Shown here piece after piece: positions 11,558 through 25,200 of a DNA stretch of 64,000 bases. The position numbers were made by a program, and so were the translations under genes. Every line of letters starts with the position of its first letter. Positions within the stretch are counted from its first letter, which is position 1. Source of the stretch: Eledone cirrhosa (lineage: Eukaryota); assembly GCA_964016885.1 (NCBI GenBank), contig OZ024743.1, forward strand, positions 37,324,001 through 37,388,000, written 5' to 3'. The notes beneath the pieces were generated by a model, which did not search any database, was not told where the DNA came from, and was given only the letters and a program-made list of their open reading frames with translations.

Positions 11558-12660
11558 GGATTGGCAGTATCGGTAGAGCGTTGGATATGTTTGTGGCAAA
11601 TAATAATAATATCTCTTTACTTTGAGTTCAAATCCCCAAGAGATTAGTTTTGCTTTTCATCCTTACGGGTTCGATAAAATAATGTACCTGTCAAGCACTG
11701 TGGTCCATTTAATCGACTTTCCCCTCCTCCCAAAATTGCTAGTTTTGTGCCTAAATCAGAAACCATTATTATTGGATTGGCAGTATCGGTAGAGGGTCGG
11801 ACGCCATGCTTTGACGTATAGAGTTACGGCCCTTGCCATTCTGAGTTCAAATCCCGCCGAGGTTAACTTTGCCTTTCATCCTTATGGGGTTGATAAAATA
11901 AAGTACCAGTAATACACTGGGTAATTGCTGGCCTTGTGCCAAAAGCAGAAACAATTATTATTCTTGTAGGCGGTGTATTGGCAGTATCGGTTGAGGGTCG
12001 GACGCCATGCTTTGACGTATAGAGTTACGGCCCTTACCATTCTGAGTTCAAATCCCGCCGAGGGTAACTTTGCTTTCATCCTTACTGGGTCGATAAAATA
12101 AAGTACCAGTAATGTACTGGGTAATTGCTGGCCTTGTGCCAAAAGTAGAAACAATTATTATTGTTGTTGCTCTGGATTGGCAGAATCTTTCGTGTTTCGG
12201 ATGAAATGCACTGCAGTATTTCGTTAAGGTTCTCTACGTCCTGGTTTCAAATCAGGCCGTAGTCTACTTTACCTTTTACCCTTTCTAGGGCAATGCAAAT
12301 AAAGTATCAATCAAGTATGGCTGTCAATATAATGCCACCACCAGAAAAAACAAGAACAAAAGATGCTGGCCCTATGGCCCAAATTCTAAACATTATTGTC
12401 ATTGTTATTGTAATTTGTTTGTAAGTGGCCTTGTGAGTAGCCAGTGAATATCTATGTATTCGGCATGTATAGATGGAAGTATCAATCTCTGCTAGGAACT
12501 AAGAGTAAGATATGAGGGTGGTGGATTGACAGAATCATTAAAACGTCAGAAGAAATGATTTGCGCCATTTATTCTCGCTCTTTACATCCTGGATTCAAAC
12601 CCCACCAAAATCAAATGTGCATTTCATCTATATGGTCGGTAGAATAAATTCTATTCCATT
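11558..12660 (+). mobile_element. Head-to-tail cluster of about 5 tRNA-derived SINEs (family 1)
   Basis: Units begin near 11558, 11773, 11970, 12175 and 12520. Each has an A-box-like tggcagtatcgg, a B-box gagttcaaatccc, a core ttgcctttcatcc...gtcgataaaataaagtacc and an (ATT)n tail; the outer copies are degenerate. Confidence 0.85.
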
Positions 12661-12946
12661 CATCTCAGATGAAAATAAAATATATAGACACAGGCATAGC
12701 TGAGTGGTTAAGAAGTTCATTTTGCAAGGTACGATTTGATCCCAATGCATTGCACTTTATCCAAATGTCATTACTATATCATTATGTCGCCGCAAGTATT
12801 GAGTGAAAATTGTGAGGAGGTCTCTCTAACGGATTTTACCTGTAAATGAAATAGCTAGCCTTGTATATTGTATCACTCGGATTCGGGTTGGGAATTACAG
12901 TGTACAGCCTGTTATACGTTAGTTTAACGAGTTACACGTACAGTGA

Positions 12947-13185
12947 AGGCGCATGGTTTAGTGGTTAGAGCATTGGGCTGGCAATCGAAAGGTTGTGAGT
13001 TCCATTCTTGGACCGGGCGAAGTGTTGTTTCCTTGAGCAAGACACTTTATTTCACGTTGCTCCAGTTTACTCAGCTGTAGAAATGAGATGATAGGACTGG
13101 GGTCCCTATCATTAGATCACCCAAAACACCCCCAACGAGATATACTTTGGAGGAGGCCAGCTAAACCTGCATAGATGTGAGCTGT
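12947..13185 (+). mobile_element. tRNA-derived CORE-type SINE (family 2; octopus OR-like)
   Basis: tRNA head ggcgcatggtttagtggttagagc...gagttccattc followed by CORE-like ccttgagcaagacactt...ctcagctgtagaaatg. Close copy at 49724-49960. Confidence 0.8.
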
Positions 13186-14019
13186 CACACACACCCACGC
13201 GTACAGTTTATCGAACAACCAAATTCCCACTGTCGAAACAGACGGATGATCTATCATCGATTTATATACAATGTAGTGATGTTATATGTTGAGTCTTTTG
13301 GCCCCAGGTCAGTCCTATTCGACCAGACTTGTGATAAAAGGCGCTCCAGCTAGGGCTATCTACGAAAACAGCATACAATATGACCTTCTCCTTTTCAATT
13401 AAGATTCGGCTGTTATTTTTAACAGATGAAGTTACCATGTAAAGAAGCCTCCTTAACATCTCGTACTTTCATTGATGTTGTTTAGCTCTGCATCAACTCT
13501 GATCGAGCAGCCATGAGATGTTTGGTGTTCCAGCCCGTCAACACCACGTTCTGTATTAGAGCATAGTGTATCCAGAACTGCACATGTCTGCTTTATTTAA
13601 TAAAGTAGGTTAGGACTTGAGGGGAATTTCCTGGAATTTCTAGCAAGTTAGTCAGCTACGTACAGGCACCCTTCTTGAGTCGTTATTTTGTTTATAGTAA
13701 ATTATGTAGTAGAGATATAATGAGAGATGTCCTACCTCCTTCGATTGACGATGCGTAGCGTTGTGTTTGAGATCGTGAGTTGATTTTGAAGTCATCAGAG
13801 GAATCGTGAGGCTGTGAATTTGATTCTCTTGAGACACTTATTTCCCATTGCCCCTGTTTACTCAACTGGCAGAAATGAGCCGTACCTGTAATTAAAAAGG
13901 CCATCTTTGTCAAAAATTGTATTACGCGGAATCTTCTTGAGAACTGTGTTAAGAGTACAAGTGTGTGTGTGTGTGGAGTTCTCATCTATTTGTACTCGTT
14001 ATCAGAACCGATGGATTTT

Positions 14020-14077
<58 letters not shown>

Positions 14078-16809
14078 CCGTGGTCCACCAAACACCTCCT
14101 GGCTTATATCAACTATTTCAGAAGATAGCTTTGTATTTCGACACCAAACACTACAGCTTCACAATCTACACCAAATTTTAATATCTTACCAATTTTAATA
14201 TCTTACCATAGTGTCTACACTATATAAGTAATGTACAGTTCATAATTATGCAGATTTATATGGTCTTCTACGTGGTCGCGTGTTATATGAGGTTTTCTGG
14301 TGTTTTAATGATAGATTTTTTAATGAAATGTCTTACGCAAAAACACAACGTGCCAGAAATCAAACTTAGGAACTTATGATTAGTCCCTTAATCACTAGGC
14401 CACACTTTTTCACTACTATGATGCAGGCTTGAATTAAGCGGTATGTTCCATTGAGAATTAAATGTGCAGCATATGAATAACCCACTCGACTTTCTGCAGT
14501 TGTACGTGTGTAAATAGAATAATAGAAAAAAAAAATGACAAAAACAGTAGGTACTTATTTATACCAGGTTCAAGCTGTTACAATAAAATCATTCGCTAAG
14601 AACATGTCTTAGGTTCGAACCAATTTTTTTTTCATTTAAGATATGATATTTAATAATTCGAGTGTTTATCTCAAGTTATAACTTGTAGATCCGTTCTGTA
14701 ACTTTTATATTTGTTAATTAAATTGTCCTTTGAAATCATCTGTTGGAAAACATGCTGTGAATTATAATAGCTTTAGCAAATTAAACTTGAATATTTAGAT
14801 ATTTCAGGAGAGCGATAAAGAAAAAAGAAATTTAAATGAAGATCTATACAGAAATTATTTCTCAATGGCAATCATCTCTGTTCAAAATATTGGTCCTAAT
14901 TTACAATAAATCCTCAACTTCGTCTGTGAGTGTGAGTATGTGAGTATGTGTGTATGTGTATGTGTATATGTGTGTGAGAGAGGGAGAGCGAACGAGAGAC
15001 AGTTAGAGTGGGTTATTTGATGCATACAATTAACCTTGTTTACTTTAAGATATATTTCTCGTAATTTCCACATTTGAAATAAGACTCACACAAACAAATA
15101 TTTTTGCATTATTACTATTCAAATATAAGGATATATATTTATTATTTTATAATTTACTTTACTTTTCTTCTTCCCAAATTAACTTTTTAAATATTACTTT
15201 GTTTAGTAACAACAAATTTCAAATATATTTTACCTCAACCACTACTTTGGCATACAGATTTATTCGAACCAATTCCCAACTTATGGGAATACAACTTTCT
15301 TCTTATTACGAGAAATCTATGTTTTTCCATGAAATCTTTTGATACATAACACCCGAAATCATCTCCGGTACAAAACTGCTTTAAAGTATTTTAATTATCA
15401 ATAAAAACCTTCCATAATAATGTATTGAGCTGCAAATACCAACTTAATAAAAAAAATCCCTATATTATTAAAGCCCTCCAATTTCTAATTTATTTTCAAA
15501 ATTATTTGAAAATCAGTGTCATTAAAAATGTGTAAAGAGTATGTCTAACAAAGTAGTTATAGAAATTATCAAAATAGCTACACCACTAGCTTTAATTTTA
15601 ATCAAAGTTAGTTTTAAATGAATCGCCTTGTTCACTTCAAAAATGACCAAACGTTTTGATTCCAAACCGCTTGAAACATTCCCTGTTTCTACGACACAAA
15701 ACATTTGTCTGTCTAAAGTGTTTATATTTATCTACAAACAATCTATTATAATTTTATGTACGAACATTTGTTAAGTTATGCTCCCAATACCAAGTCAATT
15801 ATGAAAAAGTTAGTTATATTAGTAAATCGCTGCAAATTCTTAATTTCTTTTAAATTATTTGAAAATCACAAGCAGTGTCTTTCATTTAAAAAAGCACATG
15901 TTAACGAAAGGGTAAACATTTACTTCATATTAAAATTTAGAAATCTAGATCTTGTTTTTATTTTCTTCTGTATATAGAATTATTTATTTGTATTTGAACA
16001 TAAGAAGAAAGAATGAATATTATAAATTGGATGTCCTTGTTTTGTTTTGCTTTTTCTTTTGGTATTAGATATATAATTTATTATTTATTTAATGAAATTA
16101 GGTTAGGAATTTCTTGCCTGGAAATTTACTAGCTTTAATATATTTATCTATTGAATTAGTTTTACGTGTGACTTTTTCCTCTTTCTAATATATCTCCTGG
16201 TAGTTACTGGACCAAAATTCAGTCATCGAGAAAAACAAAGTTGAATAAAAACAAAACAAAATTTGTATTGAGATATTTATCTGTTAAATTTCTAAAGTAG
16301 AAATAAAAAAAAAAAATAGTTATAACAAATATATTTAAAACATCAAAAATCAAATTTGTTTGTCATCAATAAACACAGAAAACCGATATTTGATTTAGGA
16401 TTTTATTTATTTATTCATTTGTTTATTCATTTATTTATTCGCTTAGTTATTTATTGTTCTTAATTTATATTTAAAAGACTTATTTTTCTCAATAGCTTCT
16501 TTTTGATCGATAATTTAATTATCATCTATATTGTGACTAAATACTCTTGATGATGTTACTTTCAGTTCGAAATTTCAACGCACGTTAGAATCTCATTATT
16601 GTATGTTACTCTTTCTCTCTGGAGAACTTTGTTTCTGTATATATTCTAATTAAGATTAAATTTTGATCTGCTATTGCCACTACGATGGAAATAAAACAAT
16701 AGTTCTTACCAGACACAATATTGAAATATAATAATCGAAATATATTTGTTAATCTCCACCGAAGAATATTTCTGTTTGGCTCAAATCAAAAGGAGAAAAT
16801 AAGAAAAGA

Positions 16810-17025
16810 TTCGTTAGAACGTCGACCGAAATGCCTTGCGTATTTGTACCGACTGTTTATACTCTGAGTTCAAATTCCAGCCAGGTCATCCCTTTTGGGT
16901 CGATATAATGACTTACTTGTCCAAGGCAGTGGAATAGCAAAATGTTTAAAGCGTGGGATGAAATGCCTTACGGTATTGGCTCCGGTTCATTGCATTCTAA
17001 GTTCATATCTAGCTGTGGTCTAATT
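16810..17025 (+). mobile_element. Two degenerate family-1 SINE remnants
   Basis: ctctgagttcaaattccagcc...gggtcgata and ggcagtggaatagcaaaatg...attctaagttcatatc. Confidence 0.55.
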
Positions 17026-17429
17026 GGATCGAGGTTCTGAGATCGGCCAGGGTACTACCCGTCGCTCATCAACTAAATAAAAAACAAAATATATTTCGGT
17101 ATTCATGATAGTTAATATTACATTTTACTTTACTGATGGAAATAAAATAAAATTCCTTTTTACCGTACACACATTGTTGAAATATAATAACAGAAATTTA
17201 TTTGATAATCCTACAGAAAGATTTTCTTTTGGTATCAAGGAAATCCAGTAGTATAAGCGTTTAACAGTCTCAAAAAGAAACGCTAATGTACTTACATTTC
17301 AGAACCGCTTGGATTGTACAGTTTCAATAAATGTATAAACTTGCTAATTATTAGAAATCGATATCCTGGTCAACATATCTTTTGCTGACTTAGATTTTGT
17401 TGTTGCTTTTAGCTAATATTGGGGTGCTG

Positions 17430-17910
17430 ATTTCAGATATCCATCTTTTCCTAACACACCAGGATTCATTTTATACCACATCACCATTTTATTATGCATA
17501 AACTTTGGCAGACCAAGCGCTTCAAGCACAGTAGAATATGTTACTTCTTTGAGATTGTTCCACGATTCTTCAATATGTTCTGAAATTTCAGCTCGTTCAA
17601 GTTTCACGTTGAACAATGGAGATAACAAGATTTTCTTTCAGCAACAAATGACCGAACATTTATTCGTTTAAGAAATTTCGCATTGCACCATCTATGCTTT
17701 AGCTGAAGTTGAAATGATACGAAACAACGCAACTGAGATAACCAACATGCGTAATGGAAGGAGCGAGAATGACAAATGTCAGGTTAATGACACCTTTTTA
17801 TGTAAATGTAATCAATCAAATGCCATTCATTTGACAATGGATGCGTCCGAGGGGTTTTGAACCTGTTAGTTTGTTGAAACATAATATTGGTGATAAAGGG
17901 GCCGAGTTCA
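17430..17910 (-). pseudogene. RTE/BovB-like APE endonuclease and linker fragment
   Basis: The minus strand reads QTNRFKTPRTHPLSNEWHLIDYIYI (compare the KTTWMHPRSKHWHLIDY pattern) and IEESWNNLKEVTYSTVLEALG. Confidence 0.7.
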
Positions 17911-18019
17911 TTAAAAAAAAGAGATGGCGAAATTCATTGCTACTAATATTTCATGAAAGCCAAGAAAGCCAAGAACATGATTTGACCCAACTCTTTCATG
18001 ATATATATATAAACTTTCA

Positions 18020-21000
18020 GTAAAATTTCCAAAACGATATTAAGAATATAAAAATAATAAGAAAACGAAAACCATTGAAAAGAATTTAAGAAAAAAATTA
18101 AGAAAATGTTGATGAAAGTTTTTCAAAAGGTTTGATGAATATATTTGTTGAAGCCTTTTAAATCAGGAAAATTAAAATAATTGAAAATCTTTGAAGAAAG
18201 TTCTCAGTTAAATGTTTCATTAGTAGATTATCAAACCTTTTCACAAAAAATTCTCAAAAATTATATAAAAATTATCTCAATAATTTTCCAAAAATATAAT
18301 TTGATAATTTTCTAAAGAAAACACCGAGGCAAATATTTTGGAATTCTTTTGGAAAATTTTAACGAACTTTAAGGAAAATATTTGGTGAAATGTTGGCGAA
18401 AGTTTTCTAAAATATAAAAACTTTACTTTAAACATTTCAAAAGTAGCCATCTGCACCCTCTATTACATTCTGTTACTTAAATCTATCGCTAATCAATTAC
18501 CTGAAAATACTTTCAAATAATTTCTTTAATATATTTTCTAAAATTCAAAAGGTTTCGTGAAAAATATTCCCCAAATTGTTTGAAAAAAATATCGAAATGT
18601 TATTTTAAATTTTTCTGAAGATATAGTGAATTTCTGAAGATTTAGTGAAACATTTTCAGTAAAAGTTTGGAAAATATTTGAGAAAAATATTTGAGTACTT
18701 TGTTGTAATTTTTGAAAATATTTCGTAAAATTATTTCGAGTATTTTCGTAAAATTATTTGAAGAATGTTTTCAAAAGGAATATCATAAACATTTAGAAAG
18801 AATTCCTAGGAAAATCTTTTGTAAACATGTAAACATTTGTCAAAATATTCTGAATCGGTTGTCGTCCAAATATTTTAAAAGACTTTATCAAAATATCTGT
18901 GAAAATGTTTCATAGATCTTCTTAAAGGTTTCGTAAATGTTTTAGTTAAAAAGTTTTTAAATATATCCTTTGAGAATCATTTCAGTAAGATTTCATAAAA
19001 ATATATTAAGAATTTTCATAGAAAAAAACCATTGAAGACAATTTAGAGAGAATATTTGTTGAATTTCTTTTGAAGAATATTTTGAGAAAGGAATTTTCGG
19101 CAAAATATTGAGCAAAAGTTTCGAAAACTTTGAGGAAGCGTAGTGGAGATATATGGGATATAGTGAATGTGGTACATCTGGCCAGGGAGAGATGAGGAAA
19201 TCAGCAAAAAAAAAACGAACAGAAAGCAATTGTTCAGGTTATGAGAAAATAAAATTTGTAACATATTTGTTTCATCAAATTTTTCAAAAGTTTTCGACAA
19301 ATTTTCTTTAAAATTTTTTCAGAATTTTTCACAAAACATCCGAAAACCTTCATCAAAAGTATTATTTGTAAAAGTTACCCATGAAATAAATAAATAAATA
19401 AAAAAAAATTAAAACAATTTGTAAAGTTTTCGAAAAGCTTCATAAAAAACGATTATGCGGTAAAAAAACATATATTGAAATTTCCTAAACATCTTCATCA
19501 AATTTTCAAATGTTTTCTAGAAAATTTTTATTAGAATTTTTCTCAGATATTTTCTCATTTCCCAAAATCTTCATCAAAAGCCTTTTGCATGAAATATGAA
19601 AAATTTTGGAAAAATTATTCATCAAAGTATTTTGAAAAGTTTTCAAAAAAAACAAAAGAAAAAAAAAATACAGCATAAAAAAAAAAAATTGTTGGATTTA
19701 TACGAAAGTAAAATTTGTATTAGGTAGAAAAACATTCCTCGAAATTTCGACAAAATTTCAAAATTTCGACAAAATTTCTTTAGAATTTTTCTCAGACATT
19801 TTCACATTTCCAAAACCTTTATCATATGTAATATGTGCAAAAGTTACCTAAGAAATATGTAAATTTTTTTGAAAAAATTCTCTCTAAATTGTCTTCAATG
19901 GTTTTTTTCTATGAAAATTCTTAATGTATTTCATCAAAGTGTTTTGAAACGTTTTCGAAAAACCTCATAAAATTTGTCATAACATTTTTCAAAATTTTCG
20001 ACAAATTTAAAAAGAAAATTTCTCAGAGTTTTTCGCAACATTTCTCAGAACCTTCATCAAAAGTAATATTTGCAAAAATGACCATGAAATATTTAAATAT
20101 TTTGAAAGATTTATTCTTAAACGAAGATTGAAAGATTTTCAAAAAACATCATAAAAACGATTGTTCAGGTTATGTGAAAGTAAAATTGGTATCAGGAAAA
20201 AATATATACATAAAAATTTCTTAAAAATTTCGAAATTTCGACAAAATTTTCTTTTGATTTTCTCAGAAATTTTCACATTTCCCAAAACCTTCATCAAAAG
20301 TGATATTTGCAAAGGTTACCTATGAAATATGTAAAATCTTTGAAAAAATTATACATCAAAGAATCTTGAAAACTTTTCAAGAAGCTTCATAAAAAAAACG
20401 ATTGTTCAGGTCATGAGAAAGTAAAATTTTTAACAGGTAAAAAAAGAAACATTCATCAAAATTTCCCCAATTTTTCTTTTTAAGTTTTCGACCAAATTTT
20501 CATTGGAATATTTCTCAGACTTTTTCACATTTCCCATCAGAAATTACACTTGCAAAATTAATATTTGGAAAAGTTACGCATGAAACGTAAATTTTTTGAA
20601 AAATTATTCATCAAATAATTTTGAAAAGTTTTTTTTTAAATTCACAAAAGAAAGTTGTTCAGGTCACATGAAAGTAAAATTTGAAAGAGGTCGAAAACAA
20701 AACAAAACAAAACAAATCTTTCAAAATTTCCATGAAATTCATCAACGTTTTTGACTAAATTTTCTTTAGAAAATTTCTCAGATATTTTCAAAACATTCAC
20801 CAGATATAACATATGCAAAAGTTACCCATGAAATATGTAATTGTTTTTGAAAACATTATTCATGAATGGTTTAAAATAAAACTCATAACAAACGATTTGT
20901 GTCAGGTAAAAACAACATTCATCGAAATTTCCTGAAATTTCGACAAGAATAAAAAAACATTTTCCCAGAATTTTTTGCAGCATTTCTCAGAACCTACATC

Positions 21001-22215
21001 AAAAGTAACATTTGCAAAAATCATCATGAAATATGTAACTACTTTGAAAAATTTATTCATAGAAGAATTTTGAAAATTATCCAAAAACTTCATAAAGAAA
21101 CGATTGTTCAGTTTATGCGAAAGTAAAATTTGTAAAAGGTAAAAAACAACATTCATCGATATTTCCCCAAATTCTTCAAAAATTTCATCAAATTTTTCAA
21201 AGTGTTTCGACAAATGTTTCTTTAGAATTTTCCTTAAGACTTTTCGCAACATTTCTCAAAATTTCCATCAAAAGCTATCCATGAAATAAGTAAATTTTTT
21301 TGAAAATATAGGAATGTTAAAAAGCTTTCAATAAACTTCATAAAAAATGATTGTGCAGGTTAAGCGAAAGTAAAATTTTTAACAGGTAAAAAAATCATTC
21401 ATTGAAATATCTTCAAAATTTTCAAACGTTTTCGCGAAAAGATTTCTTTAGAATTTTTCTCAGACATTTAAAAATTTCTCAACACCTTCACCAGAAGTAA
21501 TATTTACAAAGGTTACCCATGAAATATGTACATACTTTTTGAAAAATTATTCATCAAAGTATTTTGAAAGGTTTTAAAAAAACATCATAATAAACGGTTG
21601 TTCTGGTTATGCGAAAATAAAATTTGTCCCAAGTAAAAAAAACATTCAACGAAATTTCCTCAACATTTTCAAAATCTTCATCAAATTTTTCAAATGTTTT
21701 CCACAAAATTTTCTTTAGAATTTTTCTCATACGTTTTCACAACATTTCCCAAAACGTTAATGAAAAGTAATATTTGGAAAAGTTACCCATGAAACATTTA
21801 TAATTTTTGAAAAATTTATTCATCAAATAATTTTGACAAGTTTTAAAAAAATTTAAAAAGAAATTGTTCAGCTCACATGAAAGTAACATTTGTAAGAGGT
21901 GAAAAAAAAAAATTCATCGAAATTTCCTCATATATTTCAAAATATTCCTCAAATTTTTAAAACATTTTCGTCAAAATTTTCTTTTAAACTTTTCTCAGAC
22001 TTTTTCCCGACAATTCTCAAAACCTTCATCAAAAGTGATATTTGCAAAAGTTACCTATGAAACATATAAGTTGTTTTGAAAAAATTGTTCATCAAAATAT
22101 TTTGAAAATATTAAAAAAAACTTCATGAAGAAACTATTGTTCAGCTTATGCAAAAGTAGAATTTGTGATAGGTAAAACAAACGGCCATTGATATTTCCCC
22201 TACTTTTTCAAAATG
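18020..22215. repeat. AT-rich phased A/T-tract satellite; ~13 diverged ~250 bp units from 19230, with related sequence upstream
   Basis: The anchor ttgttcaggttatgNgaaagtaaaattt recurs near 19230, 19690, 20160, 20400, 20655, 21103, 21350, 21598, 21863 and 22137. Confidence 0.85.
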
Positions 22216-22599
22216 TATGTGGTCAGGCAAGGGGTCAGGAGAAGGAAGAAGTATGGCTGGGGGTAGGAATAGTTTGTGAGTATGAGTCGAGTAGGAGGAG
22301 AAGGGGCATAATGGCTGTAGGAACAGTGAGTGGAGGAGGTGAAAGGTAAGGATTAGAAGCTGATGGAGTATTTGTAAGTAAAGAATAGAATTTACAATAC
22401 AAATTGTGTTATATAGAATTAAATGAGCAAATGGTTATATAAATTAGTGAATATGATCAAGTAAGATCGGGGAGAAAATAAGGGTTTAAAAATACGCAGT
22501 ATGGGTAGGTAGCCAGTGATAAAGTGTATGTACTATGTGTATATATATTGCATACACACAAACACACACACGTATACTGGGATGTTTTAGAAGATTTTA

Positions 22600-22825
22600 C
22601 ATAGAAATGCATGAATGCGTCTGTGAGCATCACAAATGCCGCTGTGGTACCGCTGTGGGATCTTTCAGTATACACCCACTGCCATGGAGTTACAGTGCTA
22701 GCCGTCTCACATGCCTTGCTACTCATAACGAGATCATAAAGCAGGGACTGGACGGTGCAGGCATCCCTTCCATGTTCGAGCTAGCAGGGCTGGATCGAGG
22801 GGACGGCAACTGGCCAGACGGCACC
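22600..22825 (+). pseudogene. CRE-like LINE fragment (Zn knuckle plus start of RLE)
   Basis: CEHHKCRCGTAVGSFSIHPL...HNEIIKQGLDGAGIPSMFELAGLDRGDGNWPDG. Confidence 0.8.
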
Positions 22826-23038
22826 AGAATCTTGTGGGGCCCACAGACGCATTCATGAATTTCTATGCTCTGACACCTCGTTGCTAATTATTTTTAATAT
22901 TACACCCTGCTAATGAAGGAAACCGATTATAGCATAATAATAAACTTATAACACAACGTACTATACTTAAACCAACCCTCCTACGCATCGACTGCTCAAG
23001 TTGGTGAACCTGCGGTAACATAACATTACTATACATGA

Positions 23039-23099
<61 letters not shown>

Positions 23100-23117
23100 T
23101 GTATATGTATATATATA

Positions 23118-23191
<74 letters not shown>

Positions 23192-23227
23192 AGCAATAGA
23201 ACATGATTTGTTCTTTCATTATTACAT

Positions 23228-23400
23228 CCCGGTAGAGGGTCAGACGCCATGCTTTCCAGCATTGTTACGTCCCTTTACGATCTGAGTTCAAATCCCGCCG
23301 AGGTTGACTTTGCCTTTCATCCTTATGGGGTCGATAAAATAAAGTACCAGTAATGCACTGGGTAATTGCTGGCCTTGTGCCTAAAGTAGAAACAATTATT
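23228..23400 (+). mobile_element. Family-1 SINE
   Basis: Nearly identical to 60190-60375. Confidence 0.9.
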
Positions 23401-24043
23401 ACACCCAAAAGTCTGAAAATTATAATTGACCTTGGTACGATTTGAACTATATGTGCAGTGTCGGAATAGTATATTGGAAGACACCTGTACACGTATTTGC
23501 CGCTATTTTTTTCGCTTTCAAATTCTATATATCTCCTTATTTCAAATGAGGAATATAAAATATAAGAAAGAGTAGAAGATTAAACAATTCTTTTCATCGA
23601 CATTGATGGCAAGTTTTATATTAGGAATATCAGCCATAAAATATTTGAAGATACAAGCAAGAGAATACATTAATTTACAGTACAATTATTAGGAAATAAG
23701 TTTGATGTGAAGGTGAATGTAAGCAAATTAACTAATAGCATTAGTTTAACACGTTTAATATCTAGAGAAATATAACTATATTTGTTTAATATCATTAATA
23801 TAATAGTTTTTTTTCTCTGAAAGACTAAACTAATTTCGAAGTAACACGTTCTTGAAGCCACATTAACCCAATTTGAAATTATTCTCAGTAAAACACGTTT
23901 ATATACAGCACAAGGATAAATAATTTAATTCGCTGCTGCATTGTTATTAAACGAATGAGGGAACACACACATCACACACGCACACACATACATTCATACA
24001 CATATTTATACACAAACCCACTTGTGTGTGTGTGTGTGTGTGT

Positions 24044-24116
<73 letters not shown>

Positions 24117-24669
24117 GATATACATACGCATGTATATATATGAACTTAATCATATAGGAATAAATAGTGTGTATCTAGGTAGTATAAGAATATTGGAATA
24201 TAGCATATAAGTACTAAAATATGCATCCATCCATACATACATATATATACATACATACATAAGTACGTATATATATATATATATACATATATACATACAT
24301 AAATATATTTATATAACTTCAACACTCGCTCATTCTCTGTCTCTAATATACAGATACATATACATACACATATATTAGGACATGAGGGAGAAAAATATAA
24401 AATACAAGATATATGAAAAATAAAAATTAAAACAAATATGATGTAAATCTGATGACTGGAAAAGTTCCAAGGACATAGAGCATGTTTTTTCCATGTTCAA
24501 CGCTGGTTGAATAACCCACATTCATAAGCTTTATCAGCAAGATATAAAAGACTTTGGCAGGAAATATTTTTATTTGATTACCTACATCTGACGTAAAATA
24601 AAATACGATGTTTCATAAACTAATTCTGAATGTCGTGAATGTCGTGAATTGAAGCAAAGCCGTATAGAG

Positions 24670-25200
24670 TTAACTACTTCTGTCGCTATCAATGCTATAA
24701 CCTACCAGTGTCGAACCAGGACTTGGGTTATCGCGAAGTCTCTACCTGTCTATTGCGCAGTGTTATCCGTCCATTTATTCTTTTGACGTCCTTCTTTTCC
24801 TTCCCCCGAAACGATTTATTGTTACGTAATCTTACCATCTCATTTTTATTTGCGTTGTAGTAGTGAGCAGGACTTTGTAGTTACCAACATATTGTCTGGT
24901 TGCAGTGCGAATGCTTGCATTGCTTATGTGTTGTGTGTAAGAGATGCCCAATATATTTCTACAACTAAATATCAAATGGCCAATTACCAAGACGCTATCC
25001 GAACATCAATGTATTCAAATGCTGCTTCTGTTTATCTGAAAAGCAAAATGCATTGTTGAAGCGACTAAAATTGTTAAACTTATTGATAATTAGATATTTA
25101 GCATTATGACATAGATATGTAGGATAAGAATTTTCCACCACAATACCTATATATGAAATTTTCGTTACGATCAACTGTTCCTGTGTTTCTAACATGAAAT
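24670..25200 (-). pseudogene. Old RTE-clade 3' fragment
   Basis: The minus strand reads approximately CRNILGISYTQHISNASIR...LLTTTTQIKMRW...GRQKNKWTDNTAQ*TG, matching the RTE C-terminal GRxRxRWxDNI pattern. Confidence 0.65.

Noticed and set aside
12947-13020. tRNA gene
   Set aside because: The tRNA-like head runs directly into a CORE-type SINE body and recurs at 49724; no intact cloverleaf is evident.
15522-15730. Possible L2/CR1 RT remnant on the minus strand
   Set aside because: The resemblance is too short and weak to support.
20902-21252. K/F-rich ORFs in the satellite
   Set aside because: The units vary by non-triplet indels, so there is no frame conservation.
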